59,219 bases of DNA from the sequence record SRR31156797_7933; one strand, 5' to 3'. The notes under the pieces are model-generated. The model was not told where the DNA came from, did not search any database, and worked only from the letters and a program-made list of their open reading frames with translations. Of the stretch, positions 30,899 through 40,582 are shown piece after piece. The position numbers and the translations under genes were made by a program. Within the stretch, counting starts at the first letter, position 1. Each line of letters begins with the position of its first letter.

Positions 30899-32518
30899 AT
30901 GAAAGCTTTCTTTAGCAAACTTTCACAGTCCATTATGTTACCCATCGCATTGCTGCCGGCTGCGGGTATCATGTTGGGTATCGGGGGGAGTTTTACAAAC
31001 CCTACAATGATCGAAGCATACAACATCAGTATTCTTCAAAACGGAAGCCTATTAAACAACTTCCTTCAAGTAATGACAGCTGCAGGTGACATCGTATTTG
31101 CAAACCTTCCTGTAATGTTTGCTCTAGCAATCGCTGTTGGTTTTGCACGTGCTGAAAAAGGTGCTGCTGCACTTGCTGCATTGATCTCTTACCTAGTAAT
31201 GAACGTTGCTATCGCTAAAACTTTAGCGGTTACAGGTATGATTAATGTTGATTCGCACACTGTTGTCCTAATGGGTAGTGAATACGCTGGTATCTTGTCT
31301 AACTCTTTAGGTATCACAAACACTTTAAGTATGGGTGTATTCGGTGGTTTGATTGCGGGTGCTTTCACTGTTGTTCTTCACAACAAATACCATGATGCAA
31401 AACTACCAGATTACTTAGGCTTCTTTGGTGGCGCGCGTTTCGTTCCTATCATCAGTGCATTCGCTGCATTGTTCTACGGTATCGTTCTGACTTTCATCTG
31501 GCCATTCTTTGGTGCTGCATTCGGCGCTATCGGTGCTGCTCTTGGTGAAATGACTGCATCTGGTCACGGTTACATTGCATCTCTGATCTTCGGTATCATT
31601 GAACGTTCTCTAATCCCTGTTGGTCTTCACCACGTATTCTATCTTCCACTATGGCAGACAGAGATCGGTGCAACTGCAGAAATTGCTGGTGAACTTGTGA
31701 AGGGAACACAAAACATCTTCTTCGCTTCTCTAGCATCAGGTGACTTCTCTCAATTCACATCAACTAACTTCATGACAGGTAAATTCCCATTCATGATGTT
31801 TGGTCTTCCAGCTGCAGCGTACGCTATGTACTCTCTAGCAGATGCTGAAAACAAGAAAGCGGCGGGTGGTCTACTATTCTCTGTTGCTCTAACTGCGTTC
31901 CTAACTGGTATCACAGAGCCAATCGAGTTTACATTCCTATTCCTAGCTCCAGCGCTTTACTACGCGATTCACGTTCCTCTAGCAGGCCTATCATTCATGT
32001 TGATGGATATGCTGAACGTTAAAGTTGGTATGACATTCAGTGGCGGTTTCATCGACTTCTCACTATTCGGTGTTCTACCTGGCGTAACGGGTACTGCAAA
32101 CAATTGGTACTTCATCCCACTAGTGGGTATTGCATACGCGTTCATCTACTTCTTTGTATTCCGTTGGTTTATCGTTAAGTTCGACGTTAAAACTCCTGGT
32201 CGTAAAGGTAGCGCAGTAGCAGTAGTATCTAAGAAAGATTACCACGCAGCTAAAGGCGGCGCGGCAGGCGACAACCAAAAAGCAAAAGACATGATCGAAG
32301 CTCTAGGTGGCGCTGAAAACATCGTTGACGTTGATGCATGTATCACTCGTCTACGCATCACTGTTAAAGATGGCGCTCAAGTGAAAGGCAATGATCACTG
32401 GACTCAAGAGCTAGGTGCTCGTGGTCTTGTGAAAGTTGGTGACACTGGCATCCAAGCTATCTACGGTGCGGAAGCTGCTGGTTACAAAGCTCAAATTAAC
32501 TCTCTACTTGGTAAGTAA
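30899..32518 (+). CDS. PTS glucose-family EIICB transporter (divergent PtsG/MalX-like paralogue)
   Basis: [42 protein letters not shown], the KTPGR linker and [12 protein letters not shown]. Confidence 0.92.
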   Translation: MKAFFSKLSQSIMLPIALLPAAGIMLGIGGSFTNPTMIEAYNISILQNGSLLNNFLQVMTAAGDIVFANLPVMFALAIAVGFARAEKGAAALAALISYLVMNVAIAKTLAVTGMINVDSHTVVLMGSEYAGILSNSLGITNTLSMGVFGGLIAGAFTVVLHNKYHDAKLPDYLGFFGGARFVPIISAFAALFYGIVLTFIWPFFGAAFGAIGAALGEMTASGHGYIASLIFGIIERSLIPVGLHHVFYLPLWQTEIGATAEIAGELVKGTQNIFFASLASGDFSQFTSTNFMTGKFPFMMFGLPAAAYAMYSLADAENKKAAGGLLFSVALTAFLTGITEPIEFTFLFLAPALYYAIHVPLAGLSFMLMDMLNVKVGMTFSGGFIDFSLFGVLPGVTGTANNWYFIPLVGIAYAFIYFFVFRWFIVKFDVKTPGRKGSAVAVVSKKDYHAAKGGAAGDNQKAKDMIEALGGAENIVDVDACITRLRITVKDGAQVKGNDHWTQELGARGLVKVGDTGIQAIYGAEAAGYKAQINSLLGK

Positions 32519-32964
32519 TGAGTATTGGTGACAAATTCAGAAGAACCGGCGCTTTCGTCATTGATGTGATGATTGCAAAAATGTTCACTCAGGTGGTGTT
32601 GTCGGTTCTCGCTTTACTCGTGACAGGTATTTTTAGCGGTAAAGTGGGTGGTTTATCATTGAACGATGATTTAGCACTGCCCGTTTTACTGATGATAATA
32701 GTCGTTATGCTGTTGGTTTTTATAGGGATATATCTAGGCTTTTGCTCAATCAGCTATAAATTGATTGGTAAGTCACTAGGTAAATATCTGCTGAGAGTTG
32801 ACAGTGGAGCAGAACAAAAGGATTTGTCAGCATTCATTGCTCGTGAAAAGCAGAAAATTGTTCTTTGCATATCAACATTAGGACTTTATGCCGCTTATTC
32901 AGCGATTCAGCTCTATATGTTTGATAAAGAACCTTTGCATGAGTTAAAAGCGAAACAGAATTAA
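32518..32964 (+). CDS. RDD-family-like membrane protein
   Basis: N-terminal RRTGAFVID and GKSLGKYLL match RDD-family patterns; start overlaps the PTS stop (TAATG). Confidence 0.65.
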   Translation: MSIGDKFRRTGAFVIDVMIAKMFTQVVLSVLALLVTGIFSGKVGGLSLNDDLALPVLLMIIVVMLLVFIGIYLGFCSISYKLIGKSLGKYLLRVDSGAEQKDLSAFIAREKQKIVLCISTLGLYAAYSAIQLYMFDKEPLHELKAKQN

Positions 32965-32971
32965 AAATGAT

Positions 32972-33000
32972 AAAAGCCTGCTAATTAAGCAGGCTTTTTT
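32972..33000 (+). terminator. Intrinsic terminator closing the PTS-RDD operon
   Basis: aaaagcctgct-aatta-agcaggctttttt. Confidence 0.85.
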
Positions 33001-33253
33001 ATTACAAATAACAGAATATTAAAAATTTTTTCCCAGAGTTATTTCCGCCAAAACTTTCGTTGTTTTTATGCATTTCCAGAATCTACTGATAAATATCATT
33101 TTTATTAATATGTATGTAACAAAAAATTAAAGTGTTTTTATATCAATAAATTGAAAGTGGCATTTTTGTGTTTTTTTCCATATTAGTCGATTTGTTTTCG
33201 ATTTTCGTGATCTGTAAATATTTATCTGTTACGAAGTTTGAACAGTATCAATA

Positions 33254-33278
33254 ATATATTTTGAGGTCTGAAATATAA
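33254..33278 (+). promoter_or_regulatory. Mlc-type operator upstream of ptsG
   Basis: atataTTT-tgaggtctg-AAAtataa; ptsG is the canonical Mlc target. Confidence 0.65.
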
Positions 33279-33301
33279 TTCCTCTTGTGGTCACATTTCT
33301 A

Positions 33302-33375
33302 TTGGGTGCTAACATTTAGGCTACGGGGGTAAGCCGTTAGAACCCAAATTCTAATAATTTAATCAGGAGCATAAA
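33302..33375 (+). ncRNA. Putative structured 5' leader element, copy B (ptsG)
   Basis: ttgggt-g-ctaac/gttag-a-acccaa outer stem, 5-nt bulge, GGC/GCC inner stem and an 11-nt UACGGGGGUAA loop. Confidence 0.55.
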
Positions 33376-33376
33376 A

Positions 33377-34807
33377 ATGTTTAAAAACGCTTTTGCTAAC
33401 CTGCAAAAAGTAGGTAAGTCTCTGATGCTACCAGTATCAGTACTTCCAGTTGCAGGTATTTTGCTTGGTGTGGGTGCGGCTAACTTTAGCTGGCTTCCAG
33501 AAGTTGTTTCTCACTTAATGGAACAAGCTGGCGGCTCAGTTTTTGGCCAAATGGCACTTCTTTTTGCTGTCGGCGTATCTTTAGGTTTTACTAACAACGA
33601 CGGTGTATCAGGTCTTTCCGCTATTGTTGGCTACGGTATCATGGTAGCAACATTAAGCGTCATGGCTGACATGATGGGTGTTGACCATATAGAAACAGGT
33701 GTTTTAGGTGGTATCCTAGCTGGTGGTGTTGCAGCATGGGCCTTCAACCGATTCTATAAAATTCAACTTCCAGAATATTTAGGTTTCTTCGCTGGTAAGC
33801 GTGCAGTACCAATTATTACTGGTTTCCTATCGATTGGTCTTGGTGTCATTCTTTCTATTATTTGGCCACCAATTGGCGCAGTGATCGCTTCATTCTCTGA
33901 TTGGGCGGCAAACCAGAACCCAGTAACAGCATTCGGTATTTACGGTGTTGTTGAACGTTCTCTAATTCCATTCGGTCTGCACCACATCTGGAACGTACCA
34001 TTCTTCTACGAAGCTGGTACTTGTACGAACAACTCTGGTGAAATTGCTCACGGCATCATGACATGTTTCCTAACCGCTGATGACGCTTCGCGTGCAGCTG
34101 GTAATGGTTTCGGTCAGTTAGCGGGTGGTTACTTGTTCAAGATGTTCGGTCTGCCAGCAGCTGCTATTGCAATTGCACACTCTGCTAAGCCAGAAAACCG
34201 TGCAAAAGTTATGGGTATCATGGCTTCAGCAGCGTTGACATCATTCCTAACCGGTATTACAGAACCAATTGAGTTCTCGTTCCTATTTATCGCACCAATC
34301 CTATACGGTATCCACGCGGTACTAGCTGGTGTTGCATACATGCTAACGAACTCTCTAGGTGTTGTTCACGGTCATACTTTCTCTAACGGTTTCATTGACT
34401 TCGTTGTTCAATCTCCGCGTGCAGAAAACATGATTCTACTGGTTGGCCTAGGTATCGCATACGCAGTGCTTTACTACGTAGTGTTCACTTTCGTTATCCG
34501 CGCTATGGACATTAAGACTCCTGGTCGTGAAGATGAAGAAGAAGGCGCTGTAGTGGCTTCTGGTAACGAAATGGCTGGTGAACTGGTTGCAGCATTCGGT
34601 GGTAAAGAAAACATCACTAACTTAGACGCATGTATCACTCGTCTACGTGTATCGGTTGCGGATACTGAAGTTGTTGACCAGGACAAACTGAAGAAACTTG
34701 GGGCTGCTGGTGTAGTCGTTGTTTCTGGTGGTGTTCAGGCTATTTTCGGTACTAAATCTGACAACCTTAAAACAGATATGGATGAGTGGATCCGTAACCA
34801 CGGCTAA
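33377..34807 (+). CDS. ptsG: PTS glucose transporter subunit IIBC
   Basis: [25 protein letters not shown]-terminus, GITEPIEF and [11 protein letters not shown]. Confidence 0.97.
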   Translation: MFKNAFANLQKVGKSLMLPVSVLPVAGILLGVGAANFSWLPEVVSHLMEQAGGSVFGQMALLFAVGVSLGFTNNDGVSGLSAIVGYGIMVATLSVMADMMGVDHIETGVLGGILAGGVAAWAFNRFYKIQLPEYLGFFAGKRAVPIITGFLSIGLGVILSIIWPPIGAVIASFSDWAANQNPVTAFGIYGVVERSLIPFGLHHIWNVPFFYEAGTCTNNSGEIAHGIMTCFLTADDASRAAGNGFGQLAGGYLFKMFGLPAAAIAIAHSAKPENRAKVMGIMASAALTSFLTGITEPIEFSFLFIAPILYGIHAVLAGVAYMLTNSLGVVHGHTFSNGFIDFVVQSPRAENMILLVGLGIAYAVLYYVVFTFVIRAMDIKTPGREDEEEGAVVASGNEMAGELVAAFGGKENITNLDACITRLRVSVADTEVVDQDKLKKLGAAGVVVVSGGVQAIFGTKSDNLKTDMDEWIRNHG

Positions 34808-34832
34808 TACTCAAATATCTCTTCCCCTATAG

Positions 34833-34858
34833 AAAAGGAGACTTCGGTCTCCTTTTTT
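34833..34858 (+). terminator. ptsG terminator
   Basis: aaaaggagac-ttcg-gtctcctttttt. Confidence 0.88.
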
Positions 34859-34969
34859 GTGCTCAATTTCCTACAAAACCCTAAACGCTACTTAACGCCT
34901 ATTTGACAGCACCGCCTTGTGATATGGCTAGAATTTAGCTTTTACTATGGCGACTTTGAGATTTCTAAT

Positions 34970-35374
34970 ATGAAAAAAATCGCGTTATTGGCGATATGCT
35001 GTCTGACATCCATCACGACTTTTGCCCAGCAGAACAAAGGGTTTTCTGTAGGGTTGGCCGTTGATCAACAATTAAGCGCGGTATTTGAAATCGATCAGCA
35101 GTATCGATTTGTTTTAGGCAATGATGGGGCTGCGTTTGATTATATTTTCGCTAAAGGTAGCTTCAATAATCCAGATGTGCCTTTTGATTGGTATGTGGCT
35201 GGTGGTGCATGGGCGGAATGGGAAGATGATTTTGGTGCACGTTTACCATTAGGTCTTAACTGGCAAATTAATAATCGTTTTAACTTGTATGGTCAGGTTC
35301 ACCCGGAAGTGAACTTTTATACAGGACCTGAGTTACAAATAGGTGCGGCTTTAGGTTTAACTTATCATTTTTGA
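34970..35374 (+). CDS. Hypothetical small outer-membrane beta-barrel-like protein
   Basis: MKKIALLAIC...FA signal peptide from ATG 34970, alternating beta-strand pattern and a C-terminal LGLTYHF (BAM-type terminal Phe). Confidence 0.7.
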   Translation: MKKIALLAICCLTSITTFAQQNKGFSVGLAVDQQLSAVFEIDQQYRFVLGNDGAAFDYIFAKGSFNNPDVPFDWYVAGGAWAEWEDDFGARLPLGLNWQINNRFNLYGQVHPEVNFYTGPELQIGAALGLTYHF

Positions 35375-35514
35375 GCTAGTATCTTTAATGTGAAATCCTC
35401 AGTGGTTGAGGTAACGGGGCGTCAGTAAATTCTGAATGATTGTCGTCATCAATCGATTATCTTGATCCAATTTTTCAGTTAAGTTAGCGGATTAAACAGC
35501 GTGCTAAATATAAT

Positions 35515-35542
35515 AAAAAACCGGCTGTTAGCCGGTTTTTTT
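35515..35542. terminator. Bidirectional terminator
   Basis: aaaaaaccggct-gtt-agccggttttttt. Confidence 0.8.
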
Positions 35543-35560
35543 GGTTATTTGCTTAAAGGA

Positions 35561-35653
35561 TTATTTGTCCATCGCTTTCTTGATACAGATAGCTGCGCCA
35601 CCCCAAGTGATGCCCAGACCAATAACCATCATAATGATTGCACTCGTTGTCAT
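35561..35653 (-). CDS. MetS-family small subunit of NSS transporter (30 aa, not in ORF track)
   Basis: MTTSAIIMMVIGLGITWGGAAICIKKAMDK, single TM with a WGG motif; starts 2 nt after the NSS stop, with an AGGAGG RBS inside the end of the NSS gene. Confidence 0.85.
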   Translation of the reverse strand: MTTSAIIMMVIGLGITWGGAAICIKKAMDK

Positions 35654-35655
35654 TA

Positions 35656-37113
35656 TTATGCCTCCTTACGGCTTGTTGCATTGATGATGATACCAACGAC
35701 TAGCAGTACACCAATGACTGCCCAACCTAGGGTTAAGTCGTAGCCGCCATAGCCTTCTGTAAATAGTGCGATGAATTTTGTTGCTACGATAATCGCTAAG
35801 ATAACTGGCGTAATGAATCGTAGACAGATGTCGAACCATACACCCACGCTAAAGTCAGAGATGCTGTTTACGTACTTACGAACATCAGAAATCTTAAGCA
35901 ACCAAGTCATCAGTACGATTTCAACTAGACAACTTGCCATGATACCTACGTTGTTAGCGAAGTGGTCAACAAGGTCTAGCAGTAGCAGGCCACCGTTAGT
36001 AGCAAATGCCATTGATAGGATAAAGCCAACACCGATAACACAGTTTGCTGCCTTTTTACGGCTCCAGTTTAGCTTATCAATTACCGCTGAAGTCACGGCT
36101 TCAATAATTGAGATGTGCGAGCTTAGGCCAGCAACAACAAGAGCTAAGAATAGCAGTGGACCAAAGATGTATGGTGCTGGTAGTAGGTTAATTGCTGCTG
36201 GTAGCGTAACAAACGCTAGACCAACACCTGCAGATACAACTTCAGTTAGAGGTTTACCTTGCTCTTGAGCCATGTAACCTAACACAGAGAAGATCATGAT
36301 ACCCGCTAGAATTGAGAAACCACAGTTAATCAACACAGTCATAAAGGCGTTGTTAGTGATATCTGATTTCTCAGGAAGGTAGCTTGAATATGCCAGCATG
36401 ATGGCGAAACCGATACTTAGCGTAAAGAAGATTTGACCATACGCCGCCGCCCATACTTTCACATCCCAGATTTTGCTGAAATCAGGTTCGAACATGTAGT
36501 TCACACCGTCAAGTGCGCCAGGAAGAACGATCATACGGCCGATTAAGATAAGTACCATGATGAAAAGAATCGGCATCATCACCTTAGAAGCACGTTCAAT
36601 ACCAGATTTAACACCACCAACAATAGCTGCGTAGGTAATTGCCCATGCGATGGTCATTGCCAAAGCGATACCCCATTGGATGCTACCAAGATTGGTTGGT
36701 GAGTTGTCGCCTAGTGCAAGATACTCGCTAAAGAAGAATGCATTAGTATCGGTGCCCCAGCTTTGATTAAACGACATACCAAAGTAAGAGATTGCCCAGC
36801 CAATGACCGCTACATAATAAATAGCGATAACCGCAGCGATACCAACCTGAAACCAACCTAACCATTCAAACTTAGAGTTGATTTTTGCTAGTGTCGAAGG
36901 TGCTGAACCACGGTTTTTCTGACCCATGCTGAACTCAAGGATCATGAACGGGATACCCGCTGTGATTAGAGCAAAGATATAAGGAATGAAAAATGCGCCG
37001 CCGCCATTCTCATAAGCCATATATGGGAAACGCCAAATGTTTCCTAGACCGATAGCAGATCCCACTGCTGCAAGGATAAATCCTGCACGGGATCCCCACT
37101 GTTCTCGCTTCAT
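35656..37113 (-). CDS. Sodium-dependent NSS (neurotransmitter:sodium symporter) family amino acid transporter
   Basis: REQW.SR, GSAIGLGNIWRFPY..YENGGGAF and QIFFTLSIGF motifs. Confidence 0.95.
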   Translation of the reverse strand: MKREQWGSRAGFILAAVGSAIGLGNIWRFPYMAYENGGGAFFIPYIFALITAGIPFMILEFSMGQKNRGSAPSTLAKINSKFEWLGWFQVGIAAVIAIYYVAVIGWAISYFGMSFNQSWGTDTNAFFFSEYLALGDNSPTNLGSIQWGIALAMTIAWAITYAAIVGGVKSGIERASKVMMPILFIMVLILIGRMIVLPGALDGVNYMFEPDFSKIWDVKVWAAAYGQIFFTLSIGFAIMLAYSSYLPEKSDITNNAFMTVLINCGFSILAGIMIFSVLGYMAQEQGKPLTEVVSAGVGLAFVTLPAAINLLPAPYIFGPLLFLALVVAGLSSHISIIEAVTSAVIDKLNWSRKKAANCVIGVGFILSMAFATNGGLLLLDLVDHFANNVGIMASCLVEIVLMTWLLKISDVRKYVNSISDFSVGVWFDICLRFITPVILAIIVATKFIALFTEGYGGYDLTLGWAVIGVLLVVGIIINATSRKEA

Positions 37114-37804
37114 GTTTAACTCCTGTACAACTCTCTGAGATATGAAGCTTCTTTATGGCTATTAGAGAACCCATGTTTTGAGAAGATTTGTTAGCGTTCT
37201 GGTAAACGGCTTTATATTTTATCTATCTTCCATGAATTCTTTAAAAGTTAGTATTAAATTTTGTTAGCCCAAAGAAAACTCAGAGTTTTATGCTTTATTA
37301 TTTGATGTGTGTTTGCGAAATCTGAAATAATCAGCTACGCATGGCATTGAGACTACAGACTAATACTGTTAATAGCAATAGATTGTAAATGTTACTTTTT
37401 GGTGTCTTTTGTGTGGAATAGTTCGAGTTATGGCTTTTTATTTGGTGGTTAATTTTGTTTGTTATGGGTTTGTTGTTGCGATCATTCGACAATATCCCTT
37501 ATTTGCAATTGATATCACTATTAAAAATATAAGTGTGTATGACTGAAAAATGAACAATTGTTAGTGAATCACTCCACATTTAACAATTTATTGACTGGTG
37601 AGTGTTTTTTAGAAGCACCAACAAGTCAGTAACTCGGAGCTTTGAAACGGCAAATATGGAAGTGGTAGATATGCCCAATTCCCACAGCTTTTTTGATGAT
37701 TGAGTTATTGTGAGGGCAGCTGCATAATTGATGTTGAGAAGCTAGCAAATCTTGAAGCACCTCTAAGTCGATGTTATTACTTTGTTAAGTAAATGGAGGT
37801 GTGT

Positions 37805-37894
37805 ATGGAAAGTGATTTTAAATTTGCTGTAATTTCTGTAGCAATAATCTTCACAGTGCTTGTTGGTTTCGGGTTGATAGCTATTACTCACTAA
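37805..37894 (+). CDS. ynhF: YnhF/CydH-like small membrane protein (29 aa, not in ORF track)
   Basis: MESDFKFAVISVAIIFTVLVGFGLIAITH with a GGAGG RBS. Its length and D.KF...H pattern match enteric YnhF as I recall it. Confidence 0.75.
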   Translation: MESDFKFAVISVAIIFTVLVGFGLIAITH

Positions 37895-37912
37895 CTAATA
37901 AGGGTTCTACTG

Positions 37913-39100
37913 ATGGACAATAGTGGAACTGTTTCTGATGTTGATAAACGGATCGATATCGATCGATTGTCTAAATTCATCAGCGGTAAAAATGCTTTGG
38001 TCGCTCAAGGTGGAGGCCAGAGAGGTATCTTTACTGCTGGTGTTTTTGATGCTTTTAATCTCGCCAACTTTGACCCTTTCGATGAGTTCTACGGTACTTC
38101 TGCTGGTGCTTTAAACATTAATGCTTTTTTATGCCGTCAGCATGGTTTGGGTAAAGCTTTTATTACCGAACTCACCACAGATCCCAAGTTCTTCCATCTT
38201 TTCAGTTATATCCGTAGAAAGAATTACATGGATCTGGACTGGGCGTTAGACAAAATTTGTGACTATCCCTATCAGATGGATTTAGATATGGGCCGCAGAG
38301 TTTTAGGCGGTCGAAAAGCGCTTGCAGCCGTCACTTCCTCACAAAGCTTAAACGACGAATACTTCCCGATGTTAGGTAAGCATTGGCGAGATGTGATGCG
38401 CGCGACCTGTGCGATCCCTCGTTTATATCCCGAACAAGTCGAACTTAGTGGTCAAATGTACATTGATGGTGGTGTTTCCGCTTCGATACCCGTTCAGGAA
38501 GCCTGGCGCAGAGCCGCGCGTTTTATTACCGTGATTCGTACCGAAGAAATTGATGCTGAGCCTGGGTTGATTATGCCTCCCGTTGAAAGGCAGCATGATG
38601 TTAAGTGGTTTAGAGATTCATTTAACTCGATACAAACTCAGTGGCAAAGTCGTCTCGATCAATGGAAGCTGGATTGGAACCGCTTTTTCCAGCAACAAAT
38701 CTCTCGCTCTAAAATGTTGAAAAGTGAACATAATCACTTACAAACTTTAAATGGTGGACGTTGGCTATTTGGTGCTGATGATATTTATCGACTTAGCCAT
38801 CTGCTCGGAGACAAGTTTGATTCAGGGCTAGCAGACATGTTGATGGTGCACTATCAAACTTATTCTTTGACGAGAGAGTTCTTAAATTCTCCTCCTGATG
38901 ATGCTTTTATCGTGCAGATCGTGCCAGAGAAGCCCTTGAAGTCCAGTTCATTGATGAGTAGTAAAGAGGACTTATTGCATGATTACGAACTCGGTGTTCA
39001 AGCAGGTAATCGTTTCATTGATGTGTTTATGCAAGCTGAATCAATAAGAGCAGGGCGTGCCGTGAAAGCTGACTTTAGTTCCTTAAGTTTGGGTGAATGA
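37913..39100 (+). CDS. Patatin-like phospholipase family protein
   Basis: GGGQRG oxyanion motif, GTSAG nucleophile elbow and DGG. Confidence 0.9.
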   Translation: MDNSGTVSDVDKRIDIDRLSKFISGKNALVAQGGGQRGIFTAGVFDAFNLANFDPFDEFYGTSAGALNINAFLCRQHGLGKAFITELTTDPKFFHLFSYIRRKNYMDLDWALDKICDYPYQMDLDMGRRVLGGRKALAAVTSSQSLNDEYFPMLGKHWRDVMRATCAIPRLYPEQVELSGQMYIDGGVSASIPVQEAWRRAARFITVIRTEEIDAEPGLIMPPVERQHDVKWFRDSFNSIQTQWQSRLDQWKLDWNRFFQQQISRSKMLKSEHNHLQTLNGGRWLFGADDIYRLSHLLGDKFDSGLADMLMVHYQTYSLTREFLNSPPDDAFIVQIVPEKPLKSSSLMSSKEDLLHDYELGVQAGNRFIDVFMQAESIRAGRAVKADFSSLSLGE

Positions 39101-39130
39101 AAAAGCTCCGAGCTAATGACTCGGAGCTTT
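39101..39130. terminator. Bidirectional terminator between patatin and pyk
   Basis: aaaagctccgag-ctaatga-ctcggagcttt. Confidence 0.75.
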
Positions 39131-39136
39131 GTTGAT

Positions 39137-40582
39137 TTAAAGAACAGGGAGAATACGCATACAGTTTGTCGACCCTTCCACTTCCATAACATCGCCTTGA
39201 GTGATAATCACAAGATCGCCAAACTCAAGCAGCTTTTTCTCTTTAAGTGATTCAAGTGCCGCTTGAGCAACGGTAAATCCTTCCTCTTGTTTACTGTCGA
39301 AATAATAGGGAGTGACACCTCGGTACAGCGCACAGCGGTTTAAAGCTTGTTCGTTGCGAGACATGGCAAAAATGGGGAATACCGAATTAAGACGAGAGGT
39401 CATTAGGGCGGTTCGACCTGATTCAGTGAGTGTCACCATGGCTTTTACCCCTTGAAGGTGGTTTGCTGCGTATATGGTAGACATGGCGACCGTTTCTTCT
39501 GCGGTGACGAAAGAGCGGTCAATACGATAGTTCTGTTGATTCGACTCAATGGTCTTTTCTGCCCCAATACAGACTTCGGCCATTGCTCTCACTGTCTCTA
39601 CCGGATATTTACCTGCTGCGGTCTCGCCAGACAGCATAACCGCATCGGTACCATCCAACACGGCATTCGCCACATCCATCACTTCGGCTCGGGTTGGCAT
39701 TGGGCTAGTGATCATTGACTCCATCATTTGGGTTGCGGTGATAACAACACGGTTGAGTGCTTTAGCGCGATGGATGAGCTTTTTCTGCACGCCCACTAAT
39801 TCTGGGTCGCCAATCTCTACGCCTAAATCCCCTCGAGCAACCATAATGACATCTGAGGCCATTATAATATCGTCAATGTTCTCGTCACACGATACGGTTT
39901 CAGCGCGTTCCACTTTGGCTACCAAACGCGTTTCCAATCCGGCATCGCGTGCTAATCTTCTTGCATAGTTCATATCCTCACCGTTGCGAGGGAAGGAAAC
40001 AGCGAGGTAGTCGACTTTGATTTCCGCTGCCAGAAGAATGTCTCGCTTGTCTTTTTCCGTGAGCGCATCAGCGGACAGTCCGCCACCTTTTTTATTGATG
40101 CCTTTGTTGTTTGAAAGCGGGCCACCAATGGTCACCATGGTGAATACTTTGCTGCCTTCGACCGCCAGCACTTGTAATTGGACCCTGCCATCATCAAGCA
40201 GAAGAATATCATCACGTTTTACGTCCTCAGGTAACGCTTTGTAGTCAATTCCCACTGATTCTTGGTCGCCCATTCCGGGCTCTAGTTCGGCATCAAGAAC
40301 AAAACGCTCACCTTCTGTAAGTATGATTTTCCCTTCTTTGAAGGTTGAAACTCTGATTTTTGGGCCTTGTAAATCGCCAAGAATGGCAACGTTTTTGCCC
40401 AGTTTGGCCGCAATTTCTCGGACCTTTTTGGCTCTGTTTTTATGATCTTCAGCAGTACCGTGTGAGAAATTCATGCGGACGACGTTCGCACCTGATTTTA
40501 TAATCGCTTCAAGGTTGTCGCCGATATCTGTTGAAGGCCCGAGTGTAGTGACAATTTTTGTTCTTCGTTGAGCTGATGTCAT
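39137..40582 (-). CDS. pykA: Pyruvate kinase (PykA type)
   Basis: [36 protein letters not shown] and DAVMLSGET motifs. Confidence 0.95.
   Translation of the reverse strand: MTSAQRRTKIVTTLGPSTDIGDNLEAIIKSGANVVRMNFSHGTAEDHKNRAKKVREIAAKLGKNVAILGDLQGPKIRVSTFKEGKIILTEGERFVLDAELEPGMGDQESVGIDYKALPEDVKRDDILLLDDGRVQLQVLAVEGSKVFTMVTIGGPLSNNKGINKKGGGLSADALTEKDKRDILLAAEIKVDYLAVSFPRNGEDMNYARRLARDAGLETRLVAKVERAETVSCDENIDDIIMASDVIMVARGDLGVEIGDPELVGVQKKLIHRAKALNRVVITATQMMESMITSPMPTRAEVMDVANAVLDGTDAVMLSGETAAGKYPVETVRAMAEVCIGAEKTIESNQQNYRIDRSFVTAEETVAMSTIYAANHLQGVKAMVTLTESGRTALMTSRLNSVFPIFAMSRNEQALNRCALYRGVTPYYFDSKQEEGFTVAQAALESLKEKKLLEFGDLVIITQGDVMEVEGSTNCMRILPVL

Noticed and set aside
35501-36268. 80-aa and 165-aa plus-strand ORFs
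   Set aside because: They overlap the terminator, the MetS-like gene and the NSS transporter on the opposite strand; shadow ORFs.
37632-37644. 13-nt match ACTCGGAGCTTTG also found in the terminator at 39119-39131
   Set aside because: A single short match with no partner arm or mobile-element context; compatible with chance.
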